Source: an uncultured bacterium | GTDB lineage: Bacteria; Krumholzibacteriota; Krumholzibacteriia; Krumholzibacteriales; Krumholzibacteriaceae | Direction: 5' to 3' | Length of the DNA stretch: 64,000 nt | Assembly (NCBI GenBank): GCA_965371515.1 | Contig: CBDUYR010000009.1 | Coordinates: forward strand, 4,602 to 68,601 | In this document: positions 28,301 to 37,752 of the stretch, in pieces | How the letters are laid out: each line of letters opens with the position of its first letter | Position numbering within the stretch: the first letter of the stretch is position 1 | Notes under the pieces: model-generated | Database searches by the model: none | Seen by the model: the letters and a program-made list of their open reading frames with translations, nothing else | What the model was told of the DNA's origin: nothing | Position numbers and translations under genes: made by a program

Positions 28301-29245
28301 CTGGACAGCTCCTTCGCTCAAGCGATACTTGACGAGACGACAAACATCGAGTGGTCGAAAAAGTACATCATCCGCAGCCGGCTCCTCGAGGCCGACTGCC
28401 GCATCGTCACGGGCGACCGGGAAACGGCGTTCTCGATACTCGGGGAGATCGACTCCGGATCGCGTTCCGTACGGACGAAGGTGATAGAACGGATCCGCAG
28501 TCTGATCAACGCCGGTCAGAAGAAGGAATACTACGAGTTCGCATCTCAGCTCCTTGCCGGCGGCGGTGACACGAAGGGAGCCGAATCGATCCTGAGGGAA
28601 GGCATCGATTCCCTGGGCGGCGAGGACGCGGGCGATCTCCTTATCACGATGGGCGGAATCTTCGAGGCCGCCGGAATGGAAGAAAAGGCGGCCGGGTGTT
28701 TCCGTGAGGTCCTAGACGGTTCCGTTGACAAGCAGAAGATACTCGTCAGGATCGAGAAGATATGGTCGTCGTGGAAGGAAAGGGAGATCCGTTCCGGACT
28801 CGAAAGGATCACAGCAGGCGAGACCGACGCGGCGGAGACGGAAAAACTCGTCCGAACAGCCATCGAGACGGGAGATCTCGACTCGGCCGGAAAGATGATC
28901 GATGCCGGCGGCATCGAACCCCTGAGAAGAAAAGCGCTTCTGTCGAGACTGCACATGGCCGCGGACAGGCCTCTGAGCGCACTCGCAGTGGCAGGTTCAG
29001 CCCCGAGAGAAGACGGCGACGAAGAATCAATACTGGAACTCCTATATGTAGAAGGTGCTGCGAGCGAGATGCTGGGCGACTACGGAAGGGCCGCCGCAGC
29101 ATTCTCGCGTATCCTCGGGATCCGCAGTGAATATCTCGATGCCGGCAGCAGGGCGGAGAGCGCCTACGCCAGGTACATCGCTTCGCAATGTGAAGAAAAC
29201 GCCGGCCTGCTGATCGCGACCGGCGATCTCGATCTGGAAAAGTGA
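25379..29245 (+). CDS. Giant (1288 aa) all-helical TPR-like repeat protein
   Basis: Continuous TPR/Sel1-like helical repeats with no enzymatic motif. GTG start with an AGGCGGA RBS. Confidence 0.6.
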   Translation: MFLTQEKALKRIVQERQKGDRKRALRNAMSALKKWPDDFDIATEAIQLCLDISDFKEAVSLMKNTIRHHPRSKQQLLSIAREALHLSFDPFLASFVIEFLIRSGDFDSARQAIRAGSTSYIEGMIKRSETRSKEFEESDKKKSSTYAENEILLGLLFLEARRWSEAVEPLGRAMKSLPDEAHGIGAALLEVERECPTNSHIQYYLGIASILLSHLDKAESRFFRALELEDPPATEILKILEAKEARSKNWLLMKGEALISAGMGPEGTAGIRDYLEAKDGGWDRKDIPGDINQLFPEQVDRQKFAFARLEKLPPDRLDDIEVTFLYSEIASAMQRAKDAVEALKTYFGNHRESAARLADWAAGNEAVSNSAPGQELLVQLNLHLGKGETAAAASGNAAEMDPSRIPSILEMIQIALDAGFEEKAPLLSIQAELYARGGNEEKASELIREMESQETLEKEELLRLSGEVMRHCGVSLDGVISTIELGIRNSRVAEALTYSLEFYRDNPDSHVHFAEQIAGIAEKDPDAWPALAELCELFAAEEELDQSMRFLRAKSHIKSGQIERAVFEFDQLMMFDDSLRSSVTDLYEEAIGGNPENTTLHLALYQIYFEDERYASASRHLGRALETDPAQIRDIVPRFEKLVERDHANSAIWDEILGSAMKIRHFDFARELLNKAVQALPKSESAALHIFGARISTTEGNIEDALRCLAMTLTSTHADLGSVKAELGEIIAKEPSSAEARYLLGETMLRLGSEDEATAELERCISLSPAYLDKVGQRLEKLLPVSIKPWLISRILGEVHWAGSRRDEAMRYLESAQKGPQESLPQLGETLKRLTAGSPDDAELVFIYARNLVRTGGNDESVGILERFVSADGTISSGAVAVLREIIENEPGHLGANRLLASILSETDDNGRAVDALLRITGIENTAPETLIEMIEPFLEKYGEEPRLLVPLGGLRSRSGGLSKGLTDLEKTLALDSSFAQAILDETTNIEWSKKYIIRSRLLEADCRIVTGDRETAFSILGEIDSGSRSVRTKVIERIRSLINAGQKKEYYEFASQLLAGGGDTKGAESILREGIDSLGGEDAGDLLITMGGIFEAAGMEEKAAGCFREVLDGSVDKQKILVRIEKIWSSWKEREIRSGLERITAGETDAAETEKLVRTAIETGDLDSAGKMIDAGGIEPLRRKALLSRLHMAADRPLSALAVAGSAPREDGDEESILELLYVEGAASEMLGDYGRAAAAFSRILGIRSEYLDAGSRAESAYARYIASQCEENAGLLIATGDLDLEK

Positions 29246-30657
29246 AAGGAAAGGCCATGAAGATCTGTCCATTAATCACGCAGGTATCGATCCTCGAGGA
29301 ACCCCGCGACGTCATCCTCCTCGGAGAAACTCATGACACAGAGCTCCACAACGGGGACATCGGCGAAAATGACGGGGATAAAGACGAAGGGGATGAGGGC
29401 AGCGACATCTTCATGAATCCCGACGCAGAGGATTCATCTGACGAAGATTCTGGAGATGATTCCGACGAGGAAAGCGAAGGGGACGACGGCGAGAACGAGA
29501 CAGGATCCACCGGGGAATCGCCCGACGAGGAGAAGTGCGATGACGCATCCTCCACGCCTGTCAGATTCGTCGCGAGGTCGACACGCGGCGAGGTTCACTG
29601 CCTCGGCAGTCAGTGCCGCTTCCATGACGACAAAAGCGGAGAGTGCGGTATCGAGATACTGCTCAGGAACGGTTTGACCCGAGACAACGGACACGCTGAA
29701 GAGAGCCGCGAGACAGACGGAAAACTCGACGAAAGGCTCGAATCGATCCGCGGCGACCTGGAAAAATCGTGGGACTTCCAGCAGAGAAGCACCGGCGATA
29801 TCCTCGGCTTATTCAAGGAACTCGAGGAAAAGACGACCGCATCGGCGGACACGCTGAAAGAGTCGTTCGATAAGAGTTTCGACGAAATAAAAGAGCTGAT
29901 CTCGTCGGTCAACGAAGACAACAAGCTTATCGTCGATTCGCTGTCCGACACCCTCGCCGAAAGGAGCGAGGATCTCGACGACAGGCTCGGCGAGAGCAGC
30001 AAGAGTATCGAGCAATTCCGTGGCGAGGTCTCGAACTGGAAGGAATCCCTCGACGAGAGCATCAGCAAGATCGAGAGCGACCTGAAAGAGAACAGGCGAC
30101 TCGCCCAGGAGGTCTCAGAGAACAACAGCGATATCATGCAGGTCGTCGAGAACCAGAAGATAGCGCTCGAGGAAGAGGAAGAGAGACGCCGGGTGGACGA
30201 GGCGAAAAAGCTCAACAACGCAGGCGTCATGTCGTATCACAGCGGCCATTACGAAAAAGCCCTCGACCTTTTTAAAAAAGCGATAGAGATAGACGACAAA
30301 TTCACCGAGGGTTACAACAACCTGGGACTGACATACACCGAGATGAACGAGGAAGACAATGCCACCGAGGCGTTCAAGAAGGCTATCGAGCTCAATCCCG
30401 ATCTCGCCGCCACTTACAATAACCTCGGCTACGTATTCTACAGGCTGGGATCGTATACTGAAGCGATCGAGATGTATAACGAGGCGATCGGCCGCAGCGG
30501 CGACAACAGCTCGGCCTACACCAATCTTGGAAACGCCTGCTACAAGCTCGACCGTGTCGAGGACGCGATCGAGGCCTGGCAGAAGGCGCTCGACATCGAC
30601 CCGTCGAACGAAAAGGCGAAGCGCAATCTCAAGCGTTTCCACGCCGAATCGAAATAA
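29242..30657 (+). CDS. Acidic coiled-coil protein with a split Cys4 element and C-terminal TPR repeats
   Basis: ATGA overlap with the upstream gene. A CPLI Cys and a HCLGSQC ... GEC Cys group flank an Asp/Glu-rich segment. Central coiled coil. 4-5 TPRs at the C-terminus. Confidence 0.6.
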   Translation: MKGKAMKICPLITQVSILEEPRDVILLGETHDTELHNGDIGENDGDKDEGDEGSDIFMNPDAEDSSDEDSGDDSDEESEGDDGENETGSTGESPDEEKCDDASSTPVRFVARSTRGEVHCLGSQCRFHDDKSGECGIEILLRNGLTRDNGHAEESRETDGKLDERLESIRGDLEKSWDFQQRSTGDILGLFKELEEKTTASADTLKESFDKSFDEIKELISSVNEDNKLIVDSLSDTLAERSEDLDDRLGESSKSIEQFRGEVSNWKESLDESISKIESDLKENRRLAQEVSENNSDIMQVVENQKIALEEEEERRRVDEAKKLNNAGVMSYHSGHYEKALDLFKKAIEIDDKFTEGYNNLGLTYTEMNEEDNATEAFKKAIELNPDLAATYNNLGYVFYRLGSYTEAIEMYNEAIGRSGDNSSAYTNLGNACYKLDRVEDAIEAWQKALDIDPSNEKAKRNLKRFHAESK

Positions 30658-30674
30658 ACAGACGATTAATCACA

Positions 30675-30703
30675 GGGACCGGGTCATCCCGGTCCCTTTT
30701 TTT
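30675..30703 (+). terminator. Rho-independent terminator after the TPR gene pair
   Basis: Hairpin gggaccggg-tcat-cccggtccc followed by TTTTTTT. The T-run overlaps the cspA stop on the other strand. Confidence 0.55.
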
Positions 30704-30911
30704 AATCGAGCGTGCGGACGTTCCTGGCCTCGAGTCCCCGTTCGCCGTCGCTCAGATCGAACTCCACTAATTCACCCTCACTGAGCGTCCTGAACCCCTC
30801 CCCCTCGATGTCCGAGTAATGGACGTAGATCTCGTTGCCGCCCGTCTCCCGGCGGATGAAACCGTAGCCCCTGCTCTCATTGAACCACTTGACCTTGCCG
30901 CGTTCAGGCAA
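30702..30911 (-). CDS. cspA: Cold-shock protein (CspA family)
   Basis: CSD with RNP1-like KWFNESRGYGFI and RNP2-like VHYS. Confidence 0.9.
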   Translation of the reverse strand: MPERGKVKWFNESRGYGFIRRETGGNEIYVHYSDIEGEGFRTLSEGELVEFDLSDGERGLEARNVRTLD

Positions 30912-31103
30912 CGCTGGCCTCCCCCTCTTCCGACCGTTTCTGCATCATTGCTGGCGAATGGCGATAATAGCAGTTCTCCGGCCATCAATCAACCTCCGAT
31001 TTCCTTATATCCCAAAGATTTAAGCGATACCGCCCCCGCCCCTCTTTGGCACTTTTCTTGCGTGTTTGATTGCGGAAGATTACTCGGAAAGGATAAAAGT
31101 GTC

Positions 31104-32444
31104 ATGTCGAGGCTTCAGATACCGTACACCAGCGTACTGGTGGACCCGACCGATTACGATCCCGATCATTTTGAATCGGTCCTGAGAAAGTACCTCGGTG
31201 ACAGGCGCGGAGACCCAGTCGTCATCGAGGTGTTCAACGATCACGTTCAGTATTTGACGTTCATAAGGGATGGTCAGATCTACTGGTGCTGCACGAGCGC
31301 TCCGGACGACTTCAGCGGACTGTCCGTGCGGGAGTATTTCTCTTCGCTGCGCAGGACCCAGTTCCCGAAGGTGATTGTATACTCGGTCGACCTTCTGCTG
31401 TTCCATTCCCTCATCGTCTACCTCCAGACCACGCCCGAGCTGAAGGTCAGCTCGACTCTCGTCGACTTTGACGAGCTCCTCGACAGAATCGAATCCGAGA
31501 ACCGAAGCGCCCTCGTCACCGCCCTGCAGCCGGGTAACCTCGTGATGCTCAGATACAAGGAAGGCGTTCCTGTAGCTTGTTATCACGGTCTCCACACAGG
31601 CGCGTCGGGTGAGACGAGCCATCGCGAGAGCTTCCTCGTGAAGGTATACACGATGGCCGCGAGAGTCCCGTTTGAAATCAGGATATTCACCGAACTGGTC
31701 GTCACGCATTCCGAAGACGCGAGGCAGATACCCGATGATTTCGAGGGTCCTGTCCCGTCGTTCTTCCTCAGCCAGCCCCCGAAGCTGATCGTCAGATTGA
31801 AAAACAGGCCGCTGAAGACATACAACTTCACCGGCAAGCAGATCACGATCGGCAGGCTGCCCGAGAACGACATAGTGATAGACAACCTCAGCGTCTCGAG
31901 AAAGCATGCCGTCATCCATTCAGTCAGGTCCGGTTACGTCCTCCGCGACCTGGGCAGCAAAAACGGAACGCTTCTCAACGGCGAGAAAGTCGAGCACGGC
32001 GAACTCAAGGCCGGCGACTCGATAACGATCGGCAAGTACGAGATAATCTTTCAGATCAGCACCGGCGAGGAAAACACCACCGACACGCTCGACCAGACCA
32101 TCATCATCCCCCGCTTTCATAGTGAATCCGGCCATAAGGAGAAGGATCCGCTGAATAAACAGGCAGCCGCCCCCCCGAGACTGTACCGCCGTTCCGAGCA
32201 GGAGGAATACGCCATCGAGGGCGACAGATTCGTAATCGGCAGGGGCAGGGGATCGGATATCAAGCTGAAGGGCCTCTTCGCCCCCCGCGTAAAGGTAAGC
32301 ATCCACAGGAACGGACCCGACTGGATCATCCAGGCGGATGGGAAGAATAGCGTGACAGTCAACGGCGAGAAGATGGAGGAGAAGGTCCTGCAGGAAGAGG
32401 ATCTGATCGCCATCGGCTCGGAGGAATTCGTCTTCAAGCACTGA
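31104..32444 (+). CDS. Protein with an unknown N-terminal domain and two FHA domains
   Basis: FHA 1: ITIGRLPENDIVIDNLSVSRKHAVI ... GSKNGTLLNGEKV. FHA 2: FVIGRGRGSDIKL ... NSVTVNGEKM. The N-terminal 260 aa is unassigned (possibly DUF4388/roadblock-like). Confidence 0.7.
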   Translation: MSRLQIPYTSVLVDPTDYDPDHFESVLRKYLGDRRGDPVVIEVFNDHVQYLTFIRDGQIYWCCTSAPDDFSGLSVREYFSSLRRTQFPKVIVYSVDLLLFHSLIVYLQTTPELKVSSTLVDFDELLDRIESENRSALVTALQPGNLVMLRYKEGVPVACYHGLHTGASGETSHRESFLVKVYTMAARVPFEIRIFTELVVTHSEDARQIPDDFEGPVPSFFLSQPPKLIVRLKNRPLKTYNFTGKQITIGRLPENDIVIDNLSVSRKHAVIHSVRSGYVLRDLGSKNGTLLNGEKVEHGELKAGDSITIGKYEIIFQISTGEENTTDTLDQTIIIPRFHSESGHKEKDPLNKQAAAPPRLYRRSEQEEYAIEGDRFVIGRGRGSDIKLKGLFAPRVKVSIHRNGPDWIIQADGKNSVTVNGEKMEEKVLQEEDLIAIGSEEFVFKH

Positions 32445-32448
32445 TACA

Positions 32449-33177
32449 ATGAAATACTTAGTATTTTCAGATATTCATGGCAACGCGCAGGCTCTCGAGA
32501 AGGTCATCGAGGAGATCGCCGAGATCAGGCCCGATTTCGTCGTCTCACTGGGCGACGTCGTCGGCTACGGAGCGAACCCTTCGGACTGCGTCGACCTCGT
32601 CGACGAGCACTGCGACATCCGGGTCTGCGGCAATCACGATTTCGTGGCCGCCGGCCTGGCAGAGAGCGAGGACTTCAACGTCACCGCGAGGATATCGATC
32701 GAATGGACGAAGAGCTCGCTTTCCGCACGGCAGAAGGAACTTCTCGCTGCCTACGATACTGTCAGGCGGCACGGGGAGTGCCTGTTCGCGCACTCCTCCC
32801 CCATCTCTCCCCTCGACTGGGAATACATCTACACTACAGGACAGGCGGAGAGGATCTTCAGGGAGACCGACGCCAGATTCATCTTCATAGGACATACGCA
32901 CGTGCCGGGGATCATCAGCCACGACCCGGTATCAGGATACACGGTGGAGAACAGCTCGAGGATCGAGGCCGAACCAGGCCGTCGATACCTGATAAATGCG
33001 GGAAGCATCGGTCAGCCGAGGGACGGTGTCAGCGCAGCGAGCTTCGCCGTCATCGACGTGCAGCGAAGCAGGATCAGCATGCGGAGGATCCCTTACGACG
33101 TGACGGAAGCCCAGGAGAGGATCAGGGCGGAAGGACTGCCCGAATCACTCGCCTCGAGGCTCACCCTTGCGAGATGA
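32449..33177 (+). CDS. PPP-family metallophosphoesterase (putative Ser/Thr protein phosphatase)
   Basis: Motifs DIHGN, GDVVGYG, GNHD, GHTH. Confidence 0.7.
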   Translation: MKYLVFSDIHGNAQALEKVIEEIAEIRPDFVVSLGDVVGYGANPSDCVDLVDEHCDIRVCGNHDFVAAGLAESEDFNVTARISIEWTKSSLSARQKELLAAYDTVRRHGECLFAHSSPISPLDWEYIYTTGQAERIFRETDARFIFIGHTHVPGIISHDPVSGYTVENSSRIEAEPGRRYLINAGSIGQPRDGVSAASFAVIDVQRSRISMRRIPYDVTEAQERIRAEGLPESLASRLTLAR

Positions 33178-34922
33178 GAGAGATGGAAGAAAGAAACTAC
33201 CAGATACTGAGCACCCTCGCCACCGGCGGAACCGCCGTACTGTACAAGGCGATCCAGAAATCTCTCGACCGCGAGGTGGTCATAAAGAGGCTCCATTCCC
33301 ATCTCACGTCCGACACGAATTTCACGAGACGTTTCGAGGTGGAGGCCAAAGCCGCGGCAAGCCTCGACCACGAAAATATCGTCCGTATCATCGATTCGGG
33401 CAACTCCGAGGGGAACTACTTCATAGTGATGGAATACATCGACGGTTTCTCGCTCAGCGAGATCCTCGAGAAGCACGGCCTGATCGACGACGAGCTCACC
33501 CTGCTGATAGCGCGTGAGATCTGCATCGGTCTCGATCACGCCCACCAGCACGGGATTATCCACAGGGACATCAAGCCGGCCAACATCATGATCACATCGA
33601 CCGGCCAGGTAAAGATCACCGATTTCGGGCTTGTAAAACTGATCGGCAACCAGCTCCAGCATACGGTAGCCGACACACTGCTCGGCACGCCCCTCTACAT
33701 GTCGCCCGAACAGGCAATCGGCGACGGCATCGACGGACGCAGTGATATCTTCTCCCTCGGCACGATCTGTTACGAAATGGTCACTGGAAAACAGCCCTTC
33801 ACAGGGAACACATATGCAGCCGTCATACAGAGGATAATCGAAGGTCACATCCCACATCCCTGCCGCGTCAACGAAAAGGTATCCCCCGAAATCAGCCGCA
33901 TCATCATGAAGGCTCTCAGCAGGGAACCATCGAAGAGGTACGGGACCGCTCTCGAGATGGCCAGAACGATAGAGACATGCATCGGCCAGGAGAAAGTCTG
34001 GTCGCTGAGGAACAGGGTCCGCAGACTCGTCTGCGGGCACGACCCGCTCGAGACCGTCGCCGAGTCCACCCCCAGGCGCCGACGCAGGGGAAGCGCGAAA
34101 AAATGGCTCGCCGGCATGGCGGCCGCCGCTGTGGTGATCGCGTCCGGCTACACCGCTGTCGAGCGCCCCGACATCATCCGGGGACTGAGGACGAAGGTAG
34201 AAGGCGTGCTGTCGGGTTTGAGTACGGAAAAGCCCGAAGGGCTGCTCGATGCTTCGAACACTCCCGGAGGATTGATGGAAAGCATGTTCACTGCGGCCGC
34301 AGACACCGGCGCGGTGGAGACCGATTCCCTGGCGGCAGTGACGGAGACATTCGATCCCGTGTCACCAGCCGGACCGCCCGAAGGGATCGCGCCCGAACCT
34401 GACACTCTCGCGGCCGTCAACGAGCCCGCCCGCGAAGAGATTTCATCCGACGGGCAGGACGAGAAACCGGTCGTCGAAGAGGAACCGGCGCCCGCCGTCG
34501 GCCTGATCGACATCTACGTCGAGCCCGAGGCCGAGATACACATCGACGGGCGCTGGCGCGCATCGACCGACAGGTTCGGTCCTGTGGAACTCTCCGCAGG
34601 GCCTCACGATATTACGCTCAAGCAGCGCGATTACAGGGAATACACCGAGAGGATCGTGATCAGGAAGGGGGAGCTGTCGCGGAGGAGGATCGAACTGCAG
34701 CGCGTTACAGGCAGCCTTGATTTTACAACGGTCGCCGGAGCGAGCGTCTTCGTCAACGGAAAATTCCACGGGATTACTCCGCTTAAGAACCCGATACAGC
34801 TGACTTCGGGTAAATATCTCGTCGAGCTGAAGAAGCACGGTTATCTCACGTGGACCGGCGAGGTAGACATCCCGTCGAGTGAGAAACTCTCCCTGAAGAT
34901 CAACATGATCCAGCGCCAGTAA
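33174..34922 (+). CDS. Ser/Thr protein kinase with TM segment and C-terminal PEGA-like domains
   Basis: Hanks motifs (GGTAVLYKA ... VVIKRL, HRDIKPANIM, DFGL, SPE). TM segment (LAGMAAAAVVIASGY). PEGA-like beta domains. ATGA overlap with the phosphatase. Confidence 0.8.
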   Translation: MREMEERNYQILSTLATGGTAVLYKAIQKSLDREVVIKRLHSHLTSDTNFTRRFEVEAKAAASLDHENIVRIIDSGNSEGNYFIVMEYIDGFSLSEILEKHGLIDDELTLLIAREICIGLDHAHQHGIIHRDIKPANIMITSTGQVKITDFGLVKLIGNQLQHTVADTLLGTPLYMSPEQAIGDGIDGRSDIFSLGTICYEMVTGKQPFTGNTYAAVIQRIIEGHIPHPCRVNEKVSPEISRIIMKALSREPSKRYGTALEMARTIETCIGQEKVWSLRNRVRRLVCGHDPLETVAESTPRRRRRGSAKKWLAGMAAAAVVIASGYTAVERPDIIRGLRTKVEGVLSGLSTEKPEGLLDASNTPGGLMESMFTAAADTGAVETDSLAAVTETFDPVSPAGPPEGIAPEPDTLAAVNEPAREEISSDGQDEKPVVEEEPAPAVGLIDIYVEPEAEIHIDGRWRASTDRFGPVELSAGPHDITLKQRDYREYTERIVIRKGELSRRRIELQRVTGSLDFTTVAGASVFVNGKFHGITPLKNPIQLTSGKYLVELKKHGYLTWTGEVDIPSSEKLSLKINMIQRQ

Positions 34923-36030
34923 CGGAAAGCCCTGCCAGAAATCCGGCCACCGCTTTCAATACGTCACCCGTCATCACCGAACCCACCTCACCGTCATTCG
35001 ACCTTACAGCGACTACCAGGTCAGATACCGGCTTCCATCTAAGCGGATCTGTGGGGCCGAATATTTCCACGCACCTCGCTCCGACCGCGCCGGCGATGTG
35101 GGCCACTCCAGTATCGTTACATACGGATACGGCAGCACCCTGCATCAACACACCGAGAAATCCGACAGTCGGGCAGGAGATTACCTGCGGCGGCGTCCCG
35201 CAGGCCTCGAGGAACCTTGTAAAGAAAACATCGTCGACGGGACCGCGCACCGCGACCGAACGTATATCGTACTGTTCGAGCAACGCGTCGGAGACCTCTG
35301 CGAATCTCTCGGGCGGCCAGATGTTCTGCACCTTACCCGCACCGGGGTGGATCACCGCATAACGGCCGTCCCCGAAAGCGGCTGCGGTGAACTCCCTGCA
35401 TCCCCTCTCCTCCCATTCGAAGGGAACAAGGACCGACGATAGATCAGTCTCCTCTATTCCGATGGCTCGGAGCGGGTAGAGATTATGCTCGCTTTCATGC
35501 ATCAGTGCGAGCTCCTCATCGCCGGGAAGCGGGAGCTCGAGATGGTAGTATTTCGAGGTGAGGCCGGTGCCGAACTTCGAACTCGACGAACCTGCCCTCC
35601 ATTTCGCGCCGCTGACAGCGCCGAGCAGCATGCTCGTGACAGAGAACGAGACGGTGTTGAGGACTATCAACACGTCGAACCGGCGCTTCCGCAATCCACT
35701 GATAAATCTGATCGTCGCGAAGGGGTCTTTCCTGCCGCGCTCCTTCGACCAGGTGATCACCTCATCGACGCAGGGGTTGTTCTGCATCACTCCCGAGTTG
35801 ATCGAAGCGGCGAGCAGTGTGATGCGCGCATTCGGGAACTTCTTTCTTATGCCCCTGAAGGCGGGAACGGCGAGCAGCATGTCGCCCATCTGGTTGTGCT
35901 GCCTTATAACGAGCAGGTTTTCGACCGTACCCGGTCCGGGAATCGGGACCTTCTTTCCCCTCGTGCCGAGAAGGGGCGCAAGCACCTCGGCAAGCACCAC
36001 CTTTCCTCTTCTCTCGAGCTTTTTTTTCAA
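34900..36030 (-). CDS. Glycosyltransferase family 9 (ADP-heptose:LPS heptosyltransferase-like)
   Basis: GT9 signatures (VIHPGAG, CNDTGVAHIAGAVG). 23-bp convergent overlap with the kinase. Confidence 0.7.
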   Translation of the reverse strand: MKKKLERRGKVVLAEVLAPLLGTRGKKVPIPGPGTVENLLVIRQHNQMGDMLLAVPAFRGIRKKFPNARITLLAASINSGVMQNNPCVDEVITWSKERGRKDPFATIRFISGLRKRRFDVLIVLNTVSFSVTSMLLGAVSGAKWRAGSSSSKFGTGLTSKYYHLELPLPGDEELALMHESEHNLYPLRAIGIEETDLSSVLVPFEWEERGCREFTAAAFGDGRYAVIHPGAGKVQNIWPPERFAEVSDALLEQYDIRSVAVRGPVDDVFFTRFLEACGTPPQVISCPTVGFLGVLMQGAAVSVCNDTGVAHIAGAVGARCVEIFGPTDPLRWKPVSDLVVAVRSNDGEVGSVMTGDVLKAVAGFLAGLSVTGAGSC

Positions 36031-36221
36031 CTCCTGCCGTCTCCCGCGGAAAAATCTTCTATCGATCTGAAAAAATACTGGAACATAACAAGTGGTGATT
36101 CGTACGAGATGATAGAGAGCGGATCATTAGTCCCACCACCTTCAATCTCTCCTTACCTTTGGAGCGGCCCGCAACGGGCCGCTCTCCTCATATATGTCCG
36201 TGCCGGGACACCTGACACTCA

Positions 36222-37151
36222 CTACAGGCTCTCCAGCATACGCAGATAACTGTCGTAGCGGGCCTCCGAGATCGCCCCCTCGTCCACCGCCTCTTTCACG
36301 GCGCATTTCGGCTCGTGGCTGTGGGTACACGTGTTGAACCTGCATCCACCGAGGTAAGGCTCGAAATCGCGGAAATATTCGCCCAGCGTTTCTTTCTCCA
36401 CTCCCCATATCCCGAACTCCCTGATGCCCGGCGAATCCCCCAGCCAGCCGCCCGAGGAGAGACTGTGCAGCTCGAAGTGCGTTGTCGTATGCCTCCCCTT
36501 GCCGGTGCTCGCGCTCACGTTCGAGATCCTCGCCTCGATCCCGGGCTCGATCCTCGAGAGCAGCGAGGTCTTGCCCGCTCCGGAAGGGCCGGTGAGCATC
36601 GTGCTGCGGCCTTCCATCATCCCGGCGAGTTCGCCGATACCCTCTCCGGTAACGGCGCTCGTGCGGACTACCGCGTATTCCATATCCGGATAAGGGGCGA
36701 GAGTCGCCGCCAGCTCCGCTTCATCCTCGAGAAGATCGATCTTGTTGACGACTATGACCGGCTCGATGCCTGCTCGTTCGGCGCCAGTCAACATCCGGTC
36801 GATGAGTCTCGCGTTGAGGACGGGATCTCTCACCGAATGGACGAGGAAGACGAAATCGAGATTCGCCCCAAGTATCCTGTACCCCTTCCGCCCACCCGTT
36901 TCGGACCTGGCAAACAGCGACCTGCGCGGTTTCACGGCAGTTATCAGCCCCGAGGGACCACTCGAATCCCGCTGGGGCTCCCTTCGGTACACCACTATGT
37001 CTCCGACAACAGGAAGGACCTCGGCATCACTACGCCCGATCCGGAACTTCCCCCTCACACTGCATCTGATTTCCTCATCTGAATCGTAAACGTAATGATT
37101 TGAACCTTTTATCCTTATCAATAATCCTTCCGAGATCTTTTTTTCGTTCAT
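36222..37151 (-). CDS. rsgA: Ribosome small-subunit-dependent GTPase A
   Basis: Circularly permuted GTPase: VNKIDL (G4) precedes GPSGAGKTSL (G1). Zn cluster CRFNTCTHSHEPKCAV. Confidence 0.8.
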   Translation of the reverse strand: MNEKKISEGLLIRIKGSNHYVYDSDEEIRCSVRGKFRIGRSDAEVLPVVGDIVVYRREPQRDSSGPSGLITAVKPRRSLFARSETGGRKGYRILGANLDFVFLVHSVRDPVLNARLIDRMLTGAERAGIEPVIVVNKIDLLEDEAELAATLAPYPDMEYAVVRTSAVTGEGIGELAGMMEGRSTMLTGPSGAGKTSLLSRIEPGIEARISNVSASTGKGRHTTTHFELHSLSSGGWLGDSPGIREFGIWGVEKETLGEYFRDFEPYLGGCRFNTCTHSHEPKCAVKEAVDEGAISEARYDSYLRMLESL

Positions 37152-37284
37152 ATCGAAGCCACTGATTCCGATAAAGTAACTCTCTGCCAATAAACAATTT
37201 TGGCAATGATAGCAAAAATATGTTGTTTAAAAAAGTTCAAATTGCTATACACAGAATAAGTTGACTGTGAAAGCAAGAGAGGAT

Positions 37285-37752
37285 ATGGAATCTAAAAAGC
37301 TCGCTTCCCTGTTCCAGGAAGAACTCTGCATCTTCAGTCTGCGATCCCGGAAAAAGACTTCAGTCCTGCAGGAGATGGTCAGGCATCTCAAGGCGTCCGG
37401 GAATATCGCCGACGAGCATTTCATCCTCGAGATGCTCAAAAACCGCGAAAGCCTAGGATCAACGGGCCTCGGGCTCGGTGTAGCCTTCCCTCACGGAAGA
37501 TCCATAGCGATACCGGATCTCACCGTGCTGTTCGCGCGCTCTCCGTCGGGAATCGATTTCGAAGCCCTCGACGGCGAACCCACGAAGGTCTTCTTTCTCA
37601 TCCTCGCCCCTTCCGAGAAGGGTGCTGAGACCTATCTCGCCCTCCTCAGTAAACTGACGGCCCTCGTCCAGCAGCCCGAGACGCTCGAAAAGCTTTACAA
37701 GGTAAAGGATTTCGAGTCCCTTCAGGCAGTTCTCGGGGGTGACAACAAATGA
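37285..37752 (+). CDS. ptsN: PTS EIIA(Ntr)-type regulatory protein
   Basis: PTS_EIIA_2 fold with active-site His in GVAFPHGRS. Confidence 0.7.
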   Translation: MESKKLASLFQEELCIFSLRSRKKTSVLQEMVRHLKASGNIADEHFILEMLKNRESLGSTGLGLGVAFPHGRSIAIPDLTVLFARSPSGIDFEALDGEPTKVFFLILAPSEKGAETYLALLSKLTALVQQPETLEKLYKVKDFESLQAVLGGDNK

